Shown here: one piece after another, positions 53,301 to 64,000 of the stretch | How the letters are laid out: every line of letters starts with the position of its first letter | Numbering within the stretch: position 1 is the first letter of the stretch | From: the human T2T-CHM13v2.0 reference genome, Homo sapiens | Reading direction: 5' to 3' (one strand) | Length of the DNA: 64,000 nt | Assembly: GCF_009914755.1 (NCBI RefSeq) | Contig: NC_060943.1 | The notes under the pieces: model-generated | What the model was told of the DNA's origin: nothing | What the model saw: only the letters and a program-made list of their open reading frames with translations | The model's database searches: none | Made by a program: the position numbers and the translations under genes

Positions 53301-54493
53301 CATGCATAAGACTGCACAGACTCTCCTGCCACTCTGCAGACAGGAAATGCAGGCCCTGCACATGTTAGCCTGGCTGGAGCCAGCATCTGGGCCCAGGTAT
53401 CCAAGTCGGTGGCCTTTGGCCCACTTGCTGGTGTGAGCATGGCCTCGTGCAGCATAGCAGTGTGCAGTGGTGGCCAGGGCTGCAGCCCCAGCGATTCTTC
53501 TGCCAGTCACTCTGTGCCCTCAGCACGGGGCCTCTGATCTGTGCCTGTTTCCTCACCTCTAAAATGGATGCAAGAAGAGATGCTCCAGCATCTTGGCTCA
53601 CGCAGGACAGGCTAGGGGGTGCAGGACCGTCGCCCCGGTGTGGATTTTCAGTTGCACTTTCAGATGCATCTCGGCATGCGCAGTGGGTTACAGCCCCTCA
53701 GGTCATCTCCCCACAGTCCCTGCCCCAGAGGTTGTCGAGGCGTGTGTGGAGCAATGCCTGGCGCAGTGGAAATGCTGTCAGTGTTAGCCACTGTGACTGG
53801 ATTTAAGTTGATTATTTTGGATCAAGTGTTATCACACTTCAGGGTGGCCCTGAGAAGCAAGAAGGGGTCAGGACTCAGGAAGCACCATCTCTCATAAGCC
53901 CTGGGGGGTGAGGGGCCAGTGGCCTCCCTGGGAGGCCAAGAGGAGAAACAGCTTTCAAGAAAAGCAAGTCTGGCCTGGTTCAAGAGACCCCAGCCCAGCC
54001 CAGCCCATCGGCTGAGCAGGGACCACAGGGTCCTGGCCCAGGTCCAGCCGAGCTCATGGACTCTCAAAGCTGACTCAGCGTGGGGACCAGCTGCCGGGCC
54101 GGCCCGGAGCATTCAGGGGGCTCCTGGGAGGGAGGGACTGGTACCTGATAGAGAACCCTCAGAGGGGGCTCCAGGCACGCATCATCAGGTCCCAGTGTGG
54201 CCTGAGGCCTAGAGGGCAGGACCCACAGTGTCCACCTCATGTCCACAGGGCCTCGGCATGAAGGCTGGAGGGGTGAGCCTGGGGACCCTCAGCCAGGCGT
54301 GGGTTGGTGTGGGTTAGGGGTAGACCTTAGCCACAGCTGGGACTCTCCCAGCTCAGGGGATGCCCAGGAGAGGGATGGGCTTGGAGGTGAGAAGGGCGTT
54401 GAGAGTGGGGTGGCCAGAGGGTCACATGATGTGGTAGGAGGCAGTGGCTGGTGAGTTGGGGACCTCCCCTCACGCCCACACCGCCACCCCCAG

Positions 54494-54620
54494 GTCAGCG
54501 CCAACGGCAATGTCCTGCGCAGCGAGATCGTGGGCTCCATCAAGATGCGAGTCTTCCTCTCGGGCATGCCCGAGCTGCGCCTGGGCCTCAACGACAAGGT
54601 CCTCTTTGACAACACGGGCC
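54494..54620 (+). CDS. AP1M1: AP1M1 exon 6 (VSANGNVLRSEIVG...LSGMPELRLGLNDK...TG)
   Basis: cccag| acceptor, C|GTGAGT donor, 127 nt. Confidence 0.97.
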
Positions 54621-55620
54621 GTGAGTACCCTTGCCAAGGGCCCTGCCCATGAGGATGGCCTCACCAGGCACACACATTACAGCCTAGGGCAGGGTTGGGC
54701 CAGGCGGAGGAACGAGCTGGTTTCAAGCACTTGGTTGAGCAGCACTTCACACTGCTTGAGACAGCTGTGTAGAGTATTCATCCTTCCCTGGACATAGAAG
54801 GTGCAGGGGAGTGAAGATCCTCCAGTCCAGCTGGGAGGCCCCCGTCACCCGGCCTCACACGCCAGGTCCTGCACCCTGCCCTGCTCTGCCTGGGGCACTG
54901 GGGCCTAGGCTAAGGCCTTGCTCTCTCCCTCCCAGGCCAGGTTTCTCCCCTCACCTTGGGCCCTAGGTGTGGGCCGTGTGAAGGCCACGCATGGTGATTC
55001 TCGCTCCCGCCGCCTGGCCTCTAACACTTCCCACAGCAGGGCGGGGGCAGAGGGGCCCAGGGCCTGGTTTTGTGAACTGTGCCTCCCACTCAGCTGTCAC
55101 AGGCCACTGGAAGAGGGTGCAGTGGCTGGGCATGCCCCCGTTCCTAGCCCGGTGAGGGCTTCTCGGGCATCAGTCTATCAGGGCAGCTCCCCGCCTGGGG
55201 CTGGGCAGGGCCCCACCCACATAGCCCTCAGTGAGGTGGCAAACCAAGGTAGGACCCAGGACCCCGTGGATGCCAGGGCCTGAGCCCTTGGGGAGCCCCG
55301 AGCCATCCCCCAGCCAAGTCCACTGATCAATCATTCAGTGAACGTGTCCTGAGCAGGTCCCCTGGCTGGGCCCTGGGATGGCCGCTGGGGACTCAGCATG
55401 AACCAGACCCACCAGCCCTGCCCCTGGGGACCCCAGGGGTGTGAGGAGTGATGGGGCAGTTGTCTTGGGACCCAGCCCCCTTGGTGTTTGTGGCCCAGGC
55501 TGCTCTCAGTGCGTGGACTGGGGGCCCTGCTCTGCCGGGGTGGGTTGCAGGTGGTAGGAGTACTGCTGAGATAGTGACCCGGAGGGCCCAGATCTGTCCT
55601 ACCCTCACCCCTGACCCCAG

Positions 55621-55763
55621 GCGGCAAAAGCAAATCCGTGGAGCTGGAGGATGTGAAGTTCCACCAGTGTGTGCGGCTATCACGCTTCGAGAATGACCGC
55701 ACCATCTCCTTCATCCCACCCGACGGCGAGTTCGAGCTCATGTCCTACCGTCTCAACACCCAC
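55621..55763 (+). CDS. AP1M1: AP1M1 exon 7 (FHQCVRL...SFIPPDGEFELMSYRLNTH)
   Basis: cccag| acceptor, CAC|GTGAGT donor, 143 nt; adaptin-mu signature. Confidence 0.97.
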
Positions 55764-56209
55764 GTGAGTGCGCCACCCTGGGGCTGGGCTGTCGGCAGAC
55801 TCCTCCTCCCCTTCACCTCCAGGAGGTGAAGCCCAGGCAGGCGCCAGGGCCAGCCCCACCCCACGCTCCATGAGCTGCCTGGCTCTGCAGAGATGGAGTC
55901 TGAGGACTTGGGACTCCGAGCTTTCTGAGGGGCACAGACCCCTTTGGCCACCACCACCCCTTTCCCAGGCAGCCCCCAGAGCAGGCCCTGGTCATGTTTT
56001 CTGCATTTGCCCCAAGGCCTCCCCGGTAGCTCCCGGCTACCTCGGCCTGTCTGCCCTGGCCCTCCCTGACGCTGGCTGTACGCTCCCTGCAGGGCTCTGG
56101 GCCCACACCTGGGCAGATGGTCCCTTGCCCTGGGCCTTGGTTTCCCCTCTGAAATGGGCCTTTGTCAAACAAGGCCAGGTGTGAGCACCCTCTTTGCCCT
56201 CCTTGGCAG

Positions 56210-56281
56210 GTCAAGCCTTTGATATGGATCGAGTCGGTGATCGAGAAGCACTCCCACAGCCGCATCGAGTACATGATCAAG
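56210..56281 (+). CDS. AP1M1: AP1M1 exon 8 (VKPLIWIESVIEKHSHSRIEYMIK)
   Basis: ggcag| acceptor, AAG|GTGCGT donor, 72 nt. Confidence 0.96.
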
Positions 56282-56842
56282 GTGCGTGGGCCGAGGCCAC
56301 CCACTGAGGGCCTTCTGGTGTCTCTGGCCCGTCCCAGGAGCCTAACCGAGGGCTGGGGGTGCCGTAGGGCTGCCATCCGTGCACCCTCACTGTGGCCTCA
56401 GATGCAGGAGTGACCTGACACTGAGGGGACACCGCCTGGGGCCTGCTCCTAGATGGTGCCACTTGTGGGGAGGGGCCTGTAGCCAGGCATCCAGGACACT
56501 CCCAGAGGTGTTGCCCCCAGGTGGAGCACCTCTGCCCCTCAGCGACCCTGTCCAGCGCAGCCTGGCCCTGGGACATAGACATTGTCCTAGGAGGGCAGGG
56601 CAGAGGGAGGGATGAGGAGCCTTGGAAGCTGAGCAGACAGGAGGATGAAGATGAAACTCCTGAAATTAGGTCTTGGGAGAGTCTCGAGGGCAGGAGAAGG
56701 GGTGGGTAGTGCCTGGAGAAGTGGGGCCAGGGGCGGGGCTAGGGAGGATCCCCCGGGCCAGGCTGAGGGGCATGTGTCCTGGAGAGGCTGGCCAGCTCAC
56801 CTTGGCCTCCATAACCCCGGGCCGCATTGGCCTGGCCTGCAG

Positions 56843-57001
56843 GCCAAAAGCCAGTTCAAGCGGCGGTCAACAGCCAACAACGTGGAGATCCACATTCCCG
56901 TGCCCAATGATGCCGACTCACCCAAGTTCAAGACGACGGTGGGGAGCGTTAAGTGGGTCCCCGAGAACAGCGAGATCGTGTGGTCCATCAAGTCCTTCCC
57001 G
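56843..57001 (+). CDS. AP1M1: AP1M1 exon 9 (AKSQFKRRSTAN...WSIKSFP)
   Basis: tgcag| acceptor, CCG|GTGAGC donor, 159 nt. Confidence 0.96.
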
Positions 57002-58238
57002 GTGAGCACTCTGTCCAGACATCCACGTGCCCCCTGCGCCTGTCTCTGCAAGGCAGCCTGGGTGCCTCAGGACCCCCTGCACCTCAAGATGGGGTGACAG
57101 TGGCCACTGTGTCTTCCACACCTGGGGCTTCTGAAAGGGTGGACGGAGAGCTGAGGACTGGAGTGGGAGGAAGCAGAGGCTGACTCGGCCCCTGGGCCCC
57201 TTTCTGCCTTCCTCTTGTTTGTGAACCAGCCTCTGTCTTCACCTCAGGGCAGTGCCCTCTCCCTCCCTCTCTGTGATGCCCCTGAGTACTGATGTGAGAT
57301 GGGGCTCCTGTCCATGCAGGCCCTGAAGGAGCCCCGTCCACACTGGCAGGTCCAAGGCCCTTTCTGTGCAGGCTCAGCCTTGCCTGCCATCAAGGGGAAC
57401 GGCTGCCTGTAGGCCGGAGCAGCACAGCCTCCAGAGCTCCGCACCAGCCGCCCATGTCCTGGGCCAGCTCTGCATCGGCGTGGCTTCCCTGACAACATGT
57501 TAAGGATTCTGAGGAGCTGAGTCTGGGCTTGCCGGGTGTACACAGTGCACAGAGAGGCTAGGCCCAGGCATGGCTCTGGAGCTGAGCCGGGTGGCACTGA
57601 CCTGCTCCACCAGGGGGGCTCAGGGCAGGCGCTGCTTTCCATGTTCTCCCCTCTCTCTCCATCTGCATCCCAGGGGGACTTGGGGACAGCCCCAGCTGAG
57701 TTAAGCTGGAAATGCTGCAATTCAAGTGCCTTGAATTTCATGATGGTACTTTCCCTCCCAGCCTCAGTCTAATCACATGACATAAAATACAGAAAGTAGA
57801 GGAAGGAGAGAGAAAAGCCAGTTACCCCACCACCTAATACTCCCGTCAGCCTTTCCGCGTGTCTCCTCACCTTTCTTTCTGCGTATTTTGCTTTTCCTCA
57901 TTATGTGCAAGTAGAGCCAGCTCAGTGCCTGCCCTTCCACGTGGCGCTGCGGCAGAGCGTTTTCCTTCTGGTATTGACTGTCTTCTTGGCGGTCACCTTT
58001 GGGAGCTGTGGATATTCCATGGAGGGGTGGTGACCATCCCGGATAGTTGGATTAGCTCCTCTTTTCCTGCAATTCCACTGTTGAAAATAGTGTTTATCAT
58101 TTAAAACACACTGGGAGAATACTTCATCAAATAAACAGCATGGTGAGCTGTAGACGGGGGAGGAAGGGACAGGGCTAAGGGCCGAGACACAGGCTGGCGT
58201 GGACTGTGCTTGTGTAGATTTTACTTCGAAGCCATGCA

Positions 58239-58891
<653 letters not shown>

Positions 58892-59078
58892 TCAGTGCTT
58901 CCCATGCATAGAAAACAAAATTAAATCACAATGGAAAAAAGGTAATTCCTAAAAACCAAAAGCAAAATTAATTCATCAGCGTATCAAGTTGATGACAACC
59001 ACAGAGACACGTCACTTCAAATAACACACCCTAAGGACAAAAGGAACTGCAAAAAATAAATTTTAAGAAATACAGAGA

Positions 59079-59915
<837 letters not shown>

Positions 59916-61565
59916 TGTGGAAGTGCCATAGTGTAGGCTATTTGCTTTTAAACCTAGAGTGTTTCTCAGTCCTGTCCCTACTGCTGTCTGTTACCAGGTT
60001 AGGGAATTTGATATGTGCCCATGGGTGGCCATGGCACATGACACTGTCCACCTGGATGGAGATCTGGGCCGGGCCTTGCGTCCAGGCCTTCTCCTGGCTC
60101 TCTCTGCATCTCCTATAGCACCTGCTTCACAGAAGTTGCTGCCATGTTACTTCATGCGTGGGTACCTGTGACTATTGTGTTGTCCCTGTGGCTTATGGGA
60201 CGGCAGCCTCTAGGATTGTGGCCTGTCCTCCTGTGCACCTTTCTCCCTTGTGATGATGGCAGCCCTGTCCTCTTTTGTCTGCCTTTGGCAGCACGCCTGT
60301 CAATGCCTGTTCTTCCTACCCGGGGAGCCCTTCTCACTGTGCCTTTGTGGCGTCGAGTGGGTTTTGGTGTGTGAGCCGGCGCCAGCCTACAGCTCTCATC
60401 GAGAGCAGAATTAAACCCACTCGGCTCAACGTGACGACACAGGCTGGGTGTGCAGGCCTCCATCGCCCCTGGCGTCTGCTTCCCTGCATTTTCTTTGTTT
60501 GTGTTTTCCATTTGGTCTTTGCTAAGGTTCAGATTTGGGGTCTGGCTGAGTGTTTGGGGCACAGGCTAGTCACCGAGCGGGTTTGTTCCCTCGCTGCCTG
60601 CTTTACCAGTTGCTGATGTCGCATCTTCCCCCCGTCATCCTCCTGGAGTCTGTACTCAGCACATGTCACCAAGTCAGGCAGAGTCCTCACTCTCACGCTG
60701 CCCTGGTGGCAGTAGGCAGAGATGAACCACTCGGCCCTGCCCCAGGTGCACGGGGACCGCCCCTGCTGTGAGGCAGAAACAGCCCTAGGCGGCAGTAGCT
60801 CCCACGGAACCTCGGCCTGAGCCCTGGGGAGCAGAGACTGTGGGGTCCCAGGCACAGCCAGAGCTGAGATCGTGCCCCCGACTGCTCAGGGCGAGACCAG
60901 GCGCTGGGGGTGACCAGGCTGCAACCTGTTGCTCCTCAAGGCAGAGAGAGGGTGAAGGTCACAGCCAGGACTCGGGTTCCAGTCAGAGCCACAGCCACCC
61001 CCTGCTCACCCTCAGGAGCAGGACCCAGGGCTGAATCGTCACTCAGTGCATGCTCCTTGGTTTCTTCCTTTTGTCGCCTCTCCCTGGTCATGGTTCTCAC
61101 CTGGACACTCTCTTTTCTTTCACATGCTGTTCTGAGACTGGGCGTGTGGCCCCTGTCCCCAGCAGCCCTCCCCTGCCACGGTCATTACACACTCTTCCTT
61201 CCCATGGCCGGTCTGTCTAGTTCACCAGCCTTGGAGGAAAGTGCATTAGGGGAGCTGGGCGGGGGGTGCTGGGCCACTGCAGACCACACTGGCAGGGGCT
61301 TGGTGACTGGGGCTGGCAGCTTGGTGAGCTCAGCTCTGGGCGCCTGGGTATCCTCATGGGGCAGCTGGGCACCCCAGAGCAGGGGCTGTCCTTACCAGCC
61401 TGGGGCAGCACAGGGCCGAGCTTTGGCTCCCCAGCACAGGGGCTCATGCTCCCCTCCCTGGACTGGGGTGAGTGGTCAGTCTCTGCCCATCGCCACTAGG
61501 GCCAGAGCTGTTGGCTAAGCTGGGGCAGGGCCTAGGCCTGAGCGCCTCCCCCGTCTGCTCCCCAG

Positions 61566-61691
61566 GGCGGCAAGGAGTACCTGATGCGGGCCCACTTCGG
61601 CCTGCCTAGTGTGGAGGCCGAAGACAAGGAGGGCAAGCCCCCGATCAGTGTCAAGTTCGAGATCCCTTACTTCACTACCTCCGGCATCCAG
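61566..61691 (+). CDS. AP1M1: AP1M1 exon 10 (GGKEYLMRAHF...FTTSGIQ)
   Basis: cccag| acceptor, CAG|GTACGT donor, 126 nt. Confidence 0.96.
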
Positions 61692-62271
61692 GTACGTAAG
61701 GCCCAGGCGGCCGGGGCCCAGAACAGGGACAGAGGCCGCAGGTGACAGATATCAATGCAGCCAGCTTGGGAAAGGGTGTCAGTCAGCTGCAATCAGGACC
61801 CTGCTGTGCTGTGGGCCTCTGCCTCCCCACAGACAGGGTGAGGCCAGGCTGCCTCTGCTCAGCCCTGACCCCTGAGCTCAAAGCTCACTCATTCTGCCCC
61901 AAACTAGCATTTGAGGCTCTGCCGTCCACTCATGCCCCATGGGACCTCTTTTCCCTGGCACCCCCTCAAAAGCCCACAGAGGGAGGAGAGGCTCCCAGAG
62001 AGCCAGGGGCCTTCTGGCCGGGCCCCCCAAGCAGGCTGCTGAGGCCGTGTCTGCAAGCCACATCCTGGCTGCTCACCACTTCCAGAGGCGGCTCTGCCCT
62101 CCCACACATTTGCATGGTCCAGACAAATCCCTTTCACCCCCCTGAGGCCTGTGCTCATCCTGTCGTCATGGCCTCCCCTGCCAGCCCCAGGCTGCCCCAG
62201 CAGGAAAGATTAAGGGGGGACCAACAGGGCGGGAGCCTGCGGTGCTCAGGGCCCTGCTACCTGTGCCCCAG

Positions 62272-62347
62272 GTGCGCTACCTGAAGATCATTGAGAAGAG
62301 TGGGTACCAGGCCCTGCCCTGGGTGCGTTATATCACGCAGAATGGAG
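62272..62347 (+). CDS. AP1M1: AP1M1 exon 11 (VRYLKIIEKSGYQALPWVRYITQNG); includes W408/R410
   Basis: cccag| acceptor, G|GTGAGT donor, 76 nt. Confidence 0.96.
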
Positions 62348-62485
62348 GTGAGTGAGGCCCTACCCGTGGGGTGGGGTTGTACTGAGGGGTCCTCTGTGGC
62401 TGCCCCCAGGGTGGAGCCATCGGGTCGGGTCCCGAAAGCAGGGAGGGTGCAGAGCCCAGCATGACGCCTCCCTCCTGTCTCCTAG

Positions 62486-62508
62486 ATTACCAGCTCCGGA
62501 CCCAGTGA
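62486..62508 (+). CDS. AP1M1: AP1M1 exon 12 coding part (DYQLRTQ*); CDS 1272 nt, 423 aa
   Basis: cctag| acceptor, TGA at 62506-62508; the 12 exon lengths sum to 1272. Confidence 0.96.
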
Positions 62509-63393
62509 GGGGCTGTCGCAGCCAACACCCCGGCCTCGGGGCTCCTGGTGGCAGCACCAGGGGACACACCTGCCAAACCCACCAGATGGAGGGGCCCTCC
62601 CTGGTCTCTGGCCACCCTCCCAGCCTCTGCCCAGGGACCCCTGCCTTCCCCAGGCCATCTGCTCTGCCGTCGACACTCGTCTCAGAAGCCCCTTTCCCAG
62701 AAGAGGCTGGTCTTCAAGAAGTCTCGTTTCTTTGCCCCTGAAGTCAGTTTCAGGGGAAGGATGTGAAATTTTTCCGTGTAGAGGTTACAGCCTTTTATGC
62801 TGTTGAGCTCCCAGGTACCAAAAAGCTTGGCCAACGCTTGCCAGCCAGCCAGCTGCAGGTGGCATCTGCCACGAAGGAAGCGCCAGCCTCGCCAGGCCAG
62901 CAGGGGCGTCGTTTTGTTGCCATTTTGTTGAACGTTATGGGTTTATGGGTGTTCCTGGAACTTGTCTTTGTGCATTCGTTGCTGTTTGTGTTACCCTCAC
63001 TGTCCCCATGTCCCACCCACGTCCTACGGCACTCAGGAAGCACTTGGTGAGGACGAGCCCTCACCCTTCTTGTCTTCCTTCCCGGCAGCGCCCGCAGCGG
63101 GCCATTTACACGTCGAGGCTGGCACCTGGCGCGCTCGGGGGCCACTGTAGCGTCTGCCTGCTCCCTGGACTCGCAGGCCTCGCCTGTGGCGCCTTCCCAG
63201 GGCCAGCCTGGGTCACGAGATGCTGTCACTCAGCCAGATCAGTATTGACCCACCAGGGGAGGTGGGGTTTGGTGAGAGACGCCAGCCTCAGACTTTTTCC
63301 CACTGAGGGTCCAGAGAGCGGGGCCACGTGTCACCCACGTCTGCGCTTGGTCACCCGTCCTCCCCACCCTGTGTGTGTTTATGTCATAGTTAC

Positions 63394-63399
63394 ATTAAA
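63394..63399 (+). terminator. AP1M1: AP1M1 poly(A) signal ATTAAA
   Basis: First canonical-type hexamer I see after the stop, about 890 nt downstream, in a locally AT-rich patch. Confidence 0.7.
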
Positions 63400-64000
63400 T
63401 TCCATTCATTGAATACTCCACAGCCTTCCTCTGATGCAGCGTGGTCCCAACTCCTCCTGCGTGACCACAGGGCTTGCCTGGTTTTGTCGCCGACCTTCCC
63501 TGTGGCCCCACGAGGTGTCACCAGCTCCCTCTGCTTCCCCAGCTGAAACACAGGAAAAGCAGCTGCGGGAAGAGGCAGCTGCAGTGCTGGACCATGGGCC
63601 ACCACTCCTGGGCCACACAGAGGAGGCCACAGAGGCAGAGTCTTCTCTCATCCAATCTGCTGCACCCTCAGATGGCCAACAGCTTGTCCCCACCTCTCCC
63701 CAAACTGATGGCCCACTCAGAGCATGGTCCTTGTGTCCACAGCAGCATCCCCTGTGTCCTAGCTAGAAATGCAGGTTCGTGGGCCAGCCCTGACCTGCCA
63801 AAGTGGAGGCTCTGGGGCCAGGGTCCCGGAAAACATTAACAAGGCCCCCAGATGCTTCTTCTGTGAACTGCTACTTGGTCCATGGGGGAAATAGCACATA
63901 TGCAGGAAGTGCTGCCTGCTCTTGGCCCCCTCCCCGACCAGTGCTGATGGCCCTGCCTGGCCAGCACCCTCTTGCCTTCATTCTCCCCCTCCCTCTCCTG

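Overview
Human (primate) genomic DNA matching the CIB3 - FAM32A - AP1M1 region; the chr19p13 placement is recalled, not computed. It holds the first two coding exons of CIB3 (minus strand), the complete 4-exon FAM32A gene (112 aa) and the complete 12-exon AP1M1 gene (AP-1 mu1A, 423 aa). The FAM32A and AP1M1 reading frames were reconstructed by hand from splice sites and close exactly. The rest is Alu-saturated intronic and intergenic DNA with L1, L2, MIR, LTR and DNA-transposon relics, and most ORFs in the supplied track are repeat-derived or GC-rich chance ORFs. I found no new gene system, RNA gene or CRISPR array. The strongest leads are: (1) a ~2.5-3 kb Alu-Alu inversion between FAM32A and AP1M1, shown by swapped target-site duplications and an LTR split across both strands; (2) a candidate Alu-associated 3' transduction at 5754-6250; (3) five RFX X-box-like palindromes at the start of AP1M1 intron 1; (4) a U12-type intron in AP1M1; (5) an L1-derived 36-nt in-frame cassette exon, with a paralogous L1 copy one base away from a poison exon; (6) a uORF/re-initiation arrangement in FAM32A intron 1. 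Repeat subfamily names come from memory of consensus sequences and need RepeatMasker/Dfam confirmation.
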